Source of the DNA: Spirochaetia bacterium | GTDB lineage: Bacteria > Spirochaetota > Spirochaetia > DSM-2461 | Length of the DNA stretch: 64,000 nt | Assembly: GCA_963668315.1 (NCBI GenBank) | Contig: OY764216.1 | Location: 3,424,001 to 3,488,000 of the forward strand | Direction of reading: 5' to 3' | Shown: positions 20,505 to 30,400 of the stretch, one piece after another | Position numbering within the stretch: position 1 is the stretch's first letter | Layout: every line of letters starts with the position of its first letter | Translations under genes and position numbers: made by a program | The notes under the pieces: generated by a model | Told to the model about the DNA's origin: nothing | Database searches by the model: none | What the model saw: only the letters and a program-made list of their open reading frames with translations

Positions 20505-21227
20505 TTATTCCTTCTTTGCTAGAATCTCTATGTTCATATTTCTGCTGGATGACTTTTTAACCTTCATTCCATTTTTCTCCAACAAACTTAGAGATTTTTC
20601 AAATGAGAGCCTGTACTTTTTACTCTGACCCTTTTCTGTTATCCATTTCCCATCAACGATTTTATTTATTAAATCAACTGTATAGAGATATTCTTTTTCA
20701 TAAATTAACCCAATATTTTTGATAAATGAATCTGTTGCTTTTGATGTTTTGAATCGCTCAATAAACGGTAACTCAACGGAGAAATCTCGAAATTTAAGTA
20801 AAAATTGGCCTTCAGCGTTCAACATTTCTGAAATGAGAGAGAACAGTCTATCAATTTCAGATTCGCCATTTAGGTAAAGGATCGTATCACCAGTGCATAA
20901 GATGAAATCCATCTCCTTAAAAGATAATTTCTCTATTTGACGAATATCTATTGTATGGATTTTAATATGATTATTGCGCAATAGATCTTGGTGAAATATA
21001 TCCCTACAAAAATCAACCGCATGAATTTCAGAAAAGCCAAGATTTGATAAAGCTATTGAGTAAGCTCCAGGACCACAACCTATATCAATTGCTGAATTCG
21101 TATTTAAAAAATTGACACCATCTAAATCTTTCTTCGCTTTTTCGATCCTATCAGAAAAAACTTCGCCAATTTCAGAGTAATTTTGGATATAGATATCAGA
21201 AAAATAAGCCAAATTATTTATTTGCAT
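20505..21227 (-). CDS. First cassette gene: class I SAM-dependent methyltransferase
   Basis: AIDIGCGPG, AVD and ILCTGDT motifs. Confidence 0.85.
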   Translation of the reverse strand: MQINNLAYFSDIYIQNYSEIGEVFSDRIEKAKKDLDGVNFLNTNSAIDIGCGPGAYSIALSNLGFSEIHAVDFCRDIFHQDLLRNNHIKIHTIDIRQIEKLSFKEMDFILCTGDTILYLNGESEIDRLFSLISEMLNAEGQFLLKFRDFSVELPFIERFKTSKATDSFIKNIGLIYEKEYLYTVDLINKIVDGKWITEKGQSKKYRLSFEKSLSLLEKNGMKVKKSSSRNMNIEILAKKE

Positions 21228-21283
21228 ATTATCCTTTTTGGTCCAGGACGGACCAAAAACATGATCCGAAGCTGCTTGATTTA

Positions 21284-21325
21284 TTGTTTATAACTCATAT
21301 TATATGAAATTCGTTATAATATCGA
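21284..21325 (-). other. Candidate attI / array-opening recombination site
   Basis: Minus-strand GTTATAAACA matches the cassette's R''; the preceding sequence is not an attC. Confidence 0.5.
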
Positions 21326-21476
21326 ATAAGTGAATTTATATAAACTATCATAAACCCCTATTGAATATTCGTAAACCAGAATAAAAACGCTTTATTTATT
21401 ATCAGTATCGTAATGTCATAACTTCGTTCTGTATGGGTGAGAGGGACTATTTCAAAGATGCTTTTTCATCAACGGA

Positions 21477-21710
21477 CTATTTCAGATATTTTAGAATTAT
21501 ACCTTTCTTGGCACAGAATAGATAATCTCCATTCCAACTTACAATTGATTCCTTACATTTAAAGCATTTCTCTTTCTCAGGATCGGAAAACTTGATAAGG
21601 TTTTTGAATTTGTCGAGCTCATCTTTCCAGAGTCTTGTATTTTCATCAGATGATCTCATTTTTAGATCAAGTACACAATCGTCGTCGCACTCCTTGAATT
21701 TATCTTTCAT
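21477..21710 (-). CDS. Small Cys-containing hypothetical protein
   Basis: ORF with GAGG RBS. Confidence 0.5.
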   Translation of the reverse strand: MKDKFKECDDDCVLDLKMRSSDENTRLWKDELDKFKNLIKFSDPEKEKCFKCKESIVSWNGDYLFCAKKGIILKYLK

Positions 21711-22330
21711 GGAAGTACCTCTATTTTTAAATCATATTTAAGTATTATACCATTAGTTTATTTATAAACACGAAGTCTTGACAATGTTCACACGAAACAC
21801 ACAAAAGAAAATTAAGTTGTTGACTTAACATATGTATAGGTGTAGAGAGGATAAGTCCTGCCGGTTAAGGCATCCATTATTTGGATGAAAGGAGCGATCC
21901 TATGCAGAAATCCAATGCAGAAGGACAGCTAGGACAGGAAGAGAGCGAATCCCTTACCCCTGCCACCGGGTACACGGCGCAGGAGTTGGACCGGGCGATA
22001 CGCATTGCGCTACCTGCCATCATGAAATTACTTCATCAGAGGTGAGTTGAGGTCACCCAAGATATCATATCCGAGATGTAAATAGTGAAAGAGTAGCGAT
22101 TGCTCTATATGATTCTACAGAAAAAGATCCTCACTTTTCCTCATTAGCTGATTGAAGTTCTAATCTTGATGAATCATTCGGCGGAGATGAAGATTACGAA
22201 GACGATGAATATGATTGGGAAGATGATGACGATTAGGACTAATAATAAGCTCTGGAAATCCGAATTTTAGGACTAGACCCCGAAAATAAAGGGGTCAATA
22301 AAGGCATCATTACCGAAAACGGGACTGAAT

Positions 22331-22359
22331 AAAAAAAAGCACCTTCCGAAGAAAGTGCT
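22331..22359 (-). terminator. Terminator after the tRNA fragment
   Basis: AGCACTTTC-TTCG-GAAGGTGCT followed by a T-run on the minus strand. Confidence 0.7.
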
Positions 22360-22389
22360 CTATATATAATCCCCGTAGGGTTTATGCGT

Positions 22390-22445
22390 TGCGGTAGAGA
22401 AGACTTGAACTTCCACGGTCTTGCGACCACTAGCCCCTCAAGCTA
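22390..22445 (-). pseudogene. 3' fragment of tRNA-Leu(GAG), att-like scar
   Basis: Anticodon loop TTGAGGG, long variable arm, GTTCAAGTC T-loop and 3' acceptor strand; 5' half absent. Confidence 0.8.
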
Positions 22446-22463
22446 ACGGTAGCTGATTTATAT

Positions 22464-23093
22464 TTAAATAAAATTTTCAACCCTACGTCTAATCTTTCTG
22501 GCTTGATTGTCATTATCTACCCAAAATACAACTGCTCTTCGACCAGCCGCAGTTTGTTCCCTTGCATCTTTCAAATTAATACCTTTGATTTTCTCTTCCC
22601 CTATGAATAAACTGGCATCCGATACCCTTATCTTATCTGTCATTGAGTTGGCAGTATAAACATTTATATCAGAGTTCCTTCTTTCTATATAAGCCTTCAA
22701 TTCACGTACAGAAAGCTCTTTAAAACGGCCCCAGAACATAGGATCGTTCTCAACTAAGTTTCTATCAATTAATCTAATCTTAGACATACATTTCGAGAGT
22801 TTTAATTTATTTTGACGGAACTCCGTCTGAAACTCCCAATACTTCAGGCCAATCTCAGAAAGATGAATTGCTTTTTGGTATGAAAGGTTCGTTCTTTCTA
22901 AACGAATGTATTCTTTAAAATTTGAAGCTACATCATAAAATAAACCATCTCTTTTAATTCGACCTAAAGATACAGCTAAAAGGGCCATACTGATTTTGAT
23001 ATCATTCTCAATCATTCTCATTACAGATTCGATTCCAGCTAAAGTCACTGATTCTTTAAAGGGATAATCAATTTCAAATTCTTCGGTTTTCAT
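22464..23093 (-). CDS. Hypothetical protein coupled to the integrase, possibly DNA-binding
   Basis: ATGA overlap with the integrase; basic and helical. Confidence 0.7.
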   Translation of the reverse strand: MKTEEFEIDYPFKESVTLAGIESVMRMIENDIKISMALLAVSLGRIKRDGLFYDVASNFKEYIRLERTNLSYQKAIHLSEIGLKYWEFQTEFRQNKLKLSKCMSKIRLIDRNLVENDPMFWGRFKELSVRELKAYIERRNSDINVYTANSMTDKIRVSDASLFIGEEKIKGINLKDAREQTAAGRRAVVFWVDNDNQARKIRRRVENFI

Positions 23094-24448
23094 ATGGCGC
23101 CCTCCATTGTAAAGGGGATAATATTTCCAAATACATTTGAGACAGCTTCTTTCGCTTTTTCAAAGTCCTGTTCGGCAGCATGATCGGCATAATGAGCCAG
23201 CATTTCAGGTGTGGCATGTCCAGTTAAGTCAGCTGCTCTTTGGTCCAGTACATCAACCATGTGTTTTGCAAAATAATGCCGCCAGGAGTGGAAGTTGATA
23301 TTCATCGACTTCCTATTCGATTCTCCTATTCCGATCGATTCTAGGGCCTTTTTTAGAGCACGGTACATAAGTTTACCATCATGGGGCTTTGCTGGATCGT
23401 TTATATGGTAAAAGATGAAACTATTTGGCTCATAATTATGAGGAGTTGTTTTTGCGTAATTAAGTAGGGTAGTGGCAAGTGACGGATTTATGGCTACAGA
23501 CCGGATCTCATTTGTCTTAGTTGATTTTAAATGATCAAAAGATGACCAGGAGTGTTTAACCTGAATACGATCAGGAAGAATATCTTTGACCCTAAGTGCG
23601 CAAATCTCGCCTCTTCTTAGGCCTGTCTGCATTGCTGTATAATTCCCTAATTTATTTGCCGGATTAATACCCCAATATCCCTGTAAGAAGAGTCTTTTAG
23701 CCTCTTCATCAGACAATATACCACGTTTCTTAGCTTTGCCTGAAAAGAAGGAGATACCCATAGCAGGATTTTCTGGAATTATCTTTTCTAGTGCTGCCCA
23801 TTTTAGAGCTACAGTACCGGCTTTTAAAATATTGTTTCTTGAAGATGTGGACAACAATTCATCAAATGATATTAATTCACCGTTGATTCTTTTTTTCCGT
23901 TTCTCCTTGGAAAGCCATATAGAAAAGTCCTTAATTTCTTTTCGGGTGATGTCAAATAACAACTTATCATTGAAATATGGTTCCCAGTAATTTTTAATGT
24001 AACTCGTATTATTCTGGCAGTGGTTTTGACTTATGCTTTTCCCGTGGGCTTTTCTCTCTTCTACATACGGACTAGTTTTAAAATCCCAAAATTTGAACAT
24101 GAAATCAATAAATGTATCTTGATTTTCACCCTTTAATTTTGCATTTTCAATAAAGCCTCTTTCTTTGAGTATATTAAGGATCTTTGGGATATCACTACTC
24201 GTAAGAGGAGCCGTTCTTAATTCATGACAGATACTTTCAATATTAAAGAAGTCTTTGCTATCACGTTTTACTCTTTTTTGTCCCTCTGGTATGGTACCAT
24301 GAAACCAGCCATGAGCAATGAAACGTGCTTCATCCAAATCGGTTTGGCCGGTACTCTTAGAATTCGTCCATTCACCTGTAGTTGGATTCTTTAATCGGGC
24401 GTAGTAGTACTTTCCACGCTTAAACACAAAAAAACCGGACATATTCAT
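23090..24448 (-). CDS. Tyrosine recombinase/phage-type integrase
   Basis: GLRRGEI, FHSWRH and TGH..HY catalytic motifs; lies next to a tRNA. Confidence 0.92.
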   Translation of the reverse strand: MNMSGFFVFKRGKYYYARLKNPTTGEWTNSKSTGQTDLDEARFIAHGWFHGTIPEGQKRVKRDSKDFFNIESICHELRTAPLTSSDIPKILNILKERGFIENAKLKGENQDTFIDFMFKFWDFKTSPYVEERKAHGKSISQNHCQNNTSYIKNYWEPYFNDKLLFDITRKEIKDFSIWLSKEKRKKRINGELISFDELLSTSSRNNILKAGTVALKWAALEKIIPENPAMGISFFSGKAKKRGILSDEEAKRLFLQGYWGINPANKLGNYTAMQTGLRRGEICALRVKDILPDRIQVKHSWSSFDHLKSTKTNEIRSVAINPSLATTLLNYAKTTPHNYEPNSFIFYHINDPAKPHDGKLMYRALKKALESIGIGESNRKSMNINFHSWRHYFAKHMVDVLDQRAADLTGHATPEMLAHYADHAAEQDFEKAKEAVSNVFGNIIPFTMEGAI

Positions 24449-24562
24449 CCTCCCTTTGTGACAGTTCATGTCACACTTCAGAAATGATAAACACTCCGGT
24501 TTTCCGGTCGCATCTATATGATACTATATAAATACTTAAATAATAAGTATTTACTAATGTAG

Positions 24563-24636
24563 TCGGGCTGGCCGGATTTGAACCGGCGACCCCTTGTCCC
24601 CCAGACAAGTACGCTAAACCCCTGCGCTACAGCCCG
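24563..24636 (-). tRNA. tRNA-Pro(GGG)
   Basis: CGGGCTG acceptor stem; CTTGT-CTGGGGG-ACAAG anticodon arm; GGTTCAAATCC. Confidence 0.93.
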
Positions 24637-24736
24637 TTGTTTCTTAGCAACGAGCAGTAATATACCTTGGATCAAAACTATTGTCAACAGTTCTCGAAGG
24701 AAAAATTATTCAATTTTTAATGCCCTTATTAATTCC

Positions 24737-26803
24737 TTATCCCTGCGAAATTAATTCAATATCGAAGGGAGGAGAACGGTGAAAAAGTTCCCTCAGTGAC
24801 GCGTTTTCTTCGCTTAATAAACCGGGATCCCCTATAAGAATGCTCTCCGCTTTGTCACGGGCCCAGAGCAGAAGATCCCTGTCCCGGGTGAGGTCGGCAA
24901 TGGAGAGTTTCATAAATCCCGATTGGCGGCAGCCGGCGATATCTCCCATGCCCCTCAGCTTGAGATCTTCTTCGGCTATCATAAAACCGTCTCCATGTTC
25001 TTTCATTATCATCATGCGCTGCTTTCCCTCGTCGGTCAGTCCTTCATCAAAGACAAGAAAACAGTAGGATTGATGCTCTCCTCTTCCCACGCGGCCTCTG
25101 AGCTGATGGAGAGCGGACAATCCGAAACGTTCCGCCTGTTCCACCACCATGACCGTGGCATTGGGGACGTCCACGCCCACTTCCACCACGCTTGTGGCGA
25201 CCAGAATATTGACTTCTCCTCTGCTGAAGGCCGCCATGGAAGCTCGTTTCTCCTCTTCCCCTATACGGGAATGAATCAGGGCGCAGCGGTAGGAGGGGAA
25301 GGCTTTCTCGTCGATAAAACGGAACATGGACTCCGCGTCTTTTAACGTGAGCTTATCCGACTGTTCGATCAGGGGATAGACAAAATAGGCCTGCCGCCCT
25401 TTGGCCAGTTCGCCATGGACAAAGTCATAAACCTTGAATTCATTTCCTTTCTTCGCCAGATGGGTAATAATCGGCTTACGGCCCCGGGGCATGGTTTTAA
25501 TGGAACTGATATCCAGATCACCGAAGGCGGTCAGCGAAAGAGTCCGGGGAATGGGCGTTGCCGTCATCAGGAGAAGGTCCGGTTTATTTCCCTTTTCCGC
25601 AAGGGATAATCTCTGCTTCACGCCGAATCGATGCTGTTCGTCCACAATTACCAGGCGCAGTTCCTTAAAGAGCACGTCTTCAGTAAAAAGGGCATGGGTT
25701 CCCAGGATAAGATCTATCCGCCCCTCATGCAGTTCCTTAAGAAGGAGCTGCCGTTCTTCCGTTCCTATCTGCCCGGAGAGGAACGCCAGGCGCACGCCAA
25801 GAGGTTCGAGGAGCTTGGCGGCATTTTCTCCGTGCTGCCGGGCCAGAAGCTCTGTGGGGGCCATCATCGCCACCTGGCCGCCTGATTCGATAACGGGCAG
25901 GGCCGTTATGAAGGCCACCAGGGTTTTCCCCGACCCGACTTCCCCCTGAACCAGCCGGTTCATGATTCTGCCGCCGTCCATATCCTCTATGATCTGTTCA
26001 ACCGCTTTGCCCTGGTCATCGGTCAGGGCAAAGGGAAGGGATGAAACAAATTTGTCCATCAGCGTACGGGGAAGGGGGGGGCGGGTCTGTTTCCCCGCCC
26101 GGTGGACCTGGGCGTTCCTTCCTATGGTCAGCTGCAGATGAAGCAGTTCTTCCCGTATGAGAGCTTCCCGGGCTTTGTCAACTTCTGCCAAATGGCGAGG
26201 CAGATGAATCTGCCTGAGCGCCTGGCTCTTTTCGGGAAGATTATACTCTTTAAGAAGAGAGGGTGGGAGTTCCGAATCTATGTTGAGGGCCCAGTCATTC
26301 AAGGCCTGCCGAATCGCTTTACGCAGCGTCTTCTGCTGGAGGCTGCCTGACAGGGGATAGACGGGAAGGACCATGCCGAAGTCAGAGGGATGATCGGATA
26401 CTTCCTCAAAATCAAAAGCTCCGGTTTGAAGCTCTCCGTATTTATAGAGAAAGCTGCCGGAAAGAAAGATTTCCGTTCCGACGGCGAGGCGGCGCTCCAG
26501 AAAGTTGCGGCCGAAGCAGAGAAGTGATGCCGTAGCGGTGCCATCTTCCACGAGAACCTTAAGGGCTCTTTTTCTCCCATGGCCTATCCAGTCATGCGCC
26601 ACGACGGTGGCTCTGGTGTTGACCGCCTCCCCCTCGCTCGCCATGGAAAGCGGTCGGGGGGTCATCCGGTCATCGTAACGTACGGGATAATGGGTCAGCA
26701 GATTTCCTATGGAATGAATTCCCAGGTGAGCGAGGTCGGAAGCCGCTGTCTTTCCTATTCCGTTGAGGCGGGATACGTTTTGCTTCAGCTCAGACAAAAA
26801 CAC
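24737..26803 (-). CDS. recG: ATP-dependent DNA helicase RecG
   Basis: QGEVGSGKT, DEQHRFG, TATPIPR and QLRGRVGR motifs. Confidence 0.96.
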   Translation of the reverse strand: MFLSELKQNVSRLNGIGKTAASDLAHLGIHSIGNLLTHYPVRYDDRMTPRPLSMASEGEAVNTRATVVAHDWIGHGRKRALKVLVEDGTATASLLCFGRNFLERRLAVGTEIFLSGSFLYKYGELQTGAFDFEEVSDHPSDFGMVLPVYPLSGSLQQKTLRKAIRQALNDWALNIDSELPPSLLKEYNLPEKSQALRQIHLPRHLAEVDKAREALIREELLHLQLTIGRNAQVHRAGKQTRPPLPRTLMDKFVSSLPFALTDDQGKAVEQIIEDMDGGRIMNRLVQGEVGSGKTLVAFITALPVIESGGQVAMMAPTELLARQHGENAAKLLEPLGVRLAFLSGQIGTEERQLLLKELHEGRIDLILGTHALFTEDVLFKELRLVIVDEQHRFGVKQRLSLAEKGNKPDLLLMTATPIPRTLSLTAFGDLDISSIKTMPRGRKPIITHLAKKGNEFKVYDFVHGELAKGRQAYFVYPLIEQSDKLTLKDAESMFRFIDEKAFPSYRCALIHSRIGEEEKRASMAAFSRGEVNILVATSVVEVGVDVPNATVMVVEQAERFGLSALHQLRGRVGRGEHQSYCFLVFDEGLTDEGKQRMMIMKEHGDGFMIAEEDLKLRGMGDIAGCRQSGFMKLSIADLTRDRDLLLWARDKAESILIGDPGLLSEENASLRELFHRSPPFDIELISQG

Positions 26804-26817
26804 CGTCTATACCACTT

Positions 26818-27396
26818 CTATAGGCGGTAAAGAAAATTCACAAGCCAGGTAAATCCGATTTGAAGGCCGACCCGCAACACGAGAAGGGAGACCAGGGAAA
26901 CGATGATACCCTGGGTCATGTGATAGGTCTGTTTTCCGAAAAGGGACATGACCCGGTCGGTGATTCTATAGAGAAGATTATTCAGTCCGCCCAGCATGAT
27001 ATTGCGTCCCATAAGGTTCGCCACAAGGAAGACTATGAGCATAATAATAATGATATTCATGAAGAACGCGGCAAATCCCCAGATATCCCTGATCAGATAG
27101 GCCAGAATCATTCCGATGGTAACGGCCTGTCCGATGGCGAGGTGGGAGGTGATGTTAATGGCCAGGCCCAGAAGAATAAACGCCAGGACGGGTGAAAAAT
27201 CCAGCATCCCGAATCTAAGCCATTCGATGCCGCGGAATTTATCCAGGTAGGGATCGACTAGGGAGCCCAGCAGTCTTTTGGGGTAATCGAGAGAAGGGTG
27301 ATGAAACCATGTCAGCAATATCCGAATAAACAGCAGCAGGGAATAAAAAGAGAGAAGGCCCGATATAACCCTCATGGTTGTCTGAAATATGTTCAT
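26818..27396 (-). CDS. yggT: YggT-family membrane protein
   Basis: DPYL..R..G.LDFSP motif; AAGGAG before ATG 27396. Confidence 0.8.
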   Translation of the reverse strand: MNIFQTTMRVISGLLSFYSLLLFIRILLTWFHHPSLDYPKRLLGSLVDPYLDKFRGIEWLRFGMLDFSPVLAFILLGLAINITSHLAIGQAVTIGMILAYLIRDIWGFAAFFMNIIIIMLIVFLVANLMGRNIMLGGLNNLLYRITDRVMSLFGKQTYHMTQGIIVSLVSLLVLRVGLQIGFTWLVNFLYRL

Positions 27397-27449
27397 GTGT
27401 GCTCCTTGGAGTATACTTCTTTTAAGATAATAAAAAACATCCTTCCGGT

Positions 27450-30400
27450 CTATTCTTTCCACACGGAAGTTACCAGCGGATGATTCTGGTAACGCTCGAG
27501 GGCATCGGGACCACTGGAAACGGCGAACTGGGGAGACGCCCGGACAATGGTCGGTTTGTCCCTGTGGCTAAGATGGAAAAAGACGGAACAGTTCCCCGGA
27601 TGGGCCGTCAGAAAAGAGGCGAAATCGATAAGGTCATCATCCTCAAGGTTTTCCGGCTCCATTTCCAGATGGATCTCCCGTACCGACTGTTCTTTCAGCT
27701 CTTCGGGGGAAATGAGCCTTTCCACTTTCAAAGACGGGGCGTCGCGGCGGAAATCCACCTTGCCGGCAAATCCGATGACGGCATCCGGGCCCAGCAGATG
27801 GCCGAACTCTTCAAACTGACGTCCGAACATGGCAAATTCCACCTGACCCTCGAAATCTTCCAGGGTGCCGAAGGCCATTCTCTTACCCGTTTTGGAAAGG
27901 AGGACTTTATAATCCTTGATCATTCCCAGAATCGTGTACTCCTTGTTCGCCATGGCCCTCTCGGGATTTTTCAGATCCAGGGTTGTGGCTTTCTCCCAGA
28001 TTTTTCTGTATTCATCCAGGGGATGGCCGGAGAAATAGAACCCCAGGTTCTCCTTTTCCAGCCTCAGAACCTCTTTCTTGGGCATCGGTTCGAGTATTTC
28101 GAATTCAATATCCGGATTGATCTCTTCGTCGCATTCCCCGAAAAGGGAGGACTGCCCGTATTTTACCAGATCTTTCCTCTTCGAGATGATCTCCATGATC
28201 CTTTCCATATTATGGAGAAGGGTGGAGCGGTTATGCTCGTCTATCCTGTCAAAAAGTCCCGACTGGATGGAGACCTCCACCACCTTTTTATTGACGCTCC
28301 CCGTTTCCATTCTCTCCAGAAAATCAATGAAGGACGAAAAGGGGCCGTGGGCGTCCCGCTCTCTCATGATGGCATCGACGGCGGCGCTTCCCATCCCCTT
28401 TATACCGACAAGGCCGTAATAGATCTTTCCGTCGTTCACGGTGAAATATTTTTCCGAGATATTCATGTCGGGAGGCATGATTTCCAGGTCCATGTCGCCG
28501 CAGTGGTCCATGTAAAGTTTGAACGCGTCGGGGCTGCTGATTTCGTTGGTCAGGTTGGCCGCCATGAATTCGGCGGGAAAATTGGCTTTGCAGTAGGCGG
28601 TCTTGTAAGCCACCACCGAATAGGCCGCCGCATGGGACTTGTTGAAACCGTAGCCGGCGAAGGGTTCGAGCATTTCGAAAATATAGGTGGCGTGTTTCTC
28701 GTCTTTGCCCTTTTCCTTGGCTCCGGCGACGAACTCCACCTTCATCTTCTCCATGTCCTTGACCTTTTTCTTACCCATGGCCCTTCGGAGAATATCGGCC
28801 TTACCCAGGCTGAAGCCGCCTATTATCTGGGCGACCTTCATAACCTGTTCCTGATAGACGATAACGCCGTAGGTCGGTTTGAGCAGCTCCTCCAGGTCGG
28901 GATCGGGGTATTTGATGGAGGCGGGATTCTTCTTGCCCTCGATGTACTGGGGTATGAACTGCATGGGGCCCGGGCGGTAGAGGGCGTTCAAGGCGATCAT
29001 GTCTTCAATACACTCCGGTTTGGCGTCGCGCAGAATTTTCTGCATACCGGCACTTTCAAACTGGAAAATGGCCGTACTGTCCCCCCGGGAGAGCATATCG
29101 AAGGTTTTCTTGTCGTCATCGGGAACGTCGTCTACGCGGAAACCGGGTATGGTCTTCTGAATGAGCTTTTCCGTATTTTTCAGAACGTCCAGAGTCTTGA
29201 GCCCCAGAAAGTCCATTTTCACAAGACCGCAGGGCTCGATGATGTCCATGGTGTATTCGCTGGTGATTTCCCCCGATTTCTGGTCCTTGTAGAGGGGAAC
29301 GAAATCGGTAAGCATCGATTTGCCGATAACCTTGCCGCAGGCATGGGTCGAGATATTCCGGTTCATGCCTTCGAGGATGGCGGCGGTTTCAAAAAGTTCC
29401 CTGTATACGCCGCCCCTGTCGTAGAAAACCTTGAGCTCGGGGACGTTTTCGAGGAAGTATTCCACCTTGCTCTTTTTCCAGTCCTTGGGCGGTTTATCCT
29501 CGGGAACGACCTTGGTAATGGCATTCGATTCATTGAAGTCGATATCCAGTACGCGGGCCACGTCCTTGAGTACGGCCTTGGTTTTCAGTGTACCGAAGGT
29601 GCAAATGCCGCCGACCTGGTCATAGCCGTATTTCCTGGTGACGTAGTCAACCACGTCGCCCCGTCTTTCATTGCAGAAGTCCACGTCGAAGTCGGGCATG
29701 GAGACACGCTCGGGATTAAGGAACCGCTCGAAAAGCAGGTCATAAAGAAGCGGGTCGATATCGGTTATGCCCAGGGCATAGGCGACGATGGACCCGGCTC
29801 CCGAACCGCGTCCCGGTCCAACGGGAATATCGTTCTTTTTAGCCCAGTCGATGAAATCCCAGACGATAAGAAAATAGCCGGGGAAACCCATCTGCTCGAT
29901 GGTGGCCAGTTCGAATTCGGCCCGGTCTTTAATATCTTCGGTTACTTCATTGTATCTCTTTTCAAGCCCCTGGAATACCAGATGCTTCAGGTAGACCATG
30001 GGATCGCCGAACTCTTCGGGAATATAGTAATCGGGTAGTATGGGGCCGGGCTGGGGAATGGTCAGGTCGCATTTCTCCGCCAGTTTGACCGTATTATCCA
30101 GAGCTTCGGGACACTGGGGAAAAAGGGCGCGCATCTCCTCTTCCGTCTTGAAGTAGAGCTCCTTGCTCAGGGTCATGCGGTTGGTCTCATTCTTTTTTCT
30201 CTGCGTACCGATGCACAGAAGAATGTCGTGGGCGTTGGCATGTTCCTTCTTGTAGAAGTGAATGTCATTCGTCGCGATCAGCGGAATATTCAGCTCCCGG
30301 GACAAACGGATAAGGCCTTCGTTGGCGATATCTTCCTGGGGCAGATTGTGGTCCATCACTTCCAGGTAGAAATTCCCTTCTCCGAACAGATCGCGGTAGT

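Noticed and set aside
21902..22236. Small plus-strand ORF with AAGGAG and a following acidic stretch
   Set aside because: Short, with no recognisable motif; cannot be supported as genes
22368..22382. AATCCCCGTAGGG as a second tRNA remnant
   Set aside because: Too short to support
23090..24448. Integrase as the integron IntI
   Set aside because: Phage-like size and N-terminus, tRNA-adjacent, and no IntI signature recognised; an HMM check is still needed
27480..30038. 852-aa plus-strand ORF
   Set aside because: Antisense shadow of dnaE; the same applies to long ORFs opposite pgi, ileS and the dehydratase
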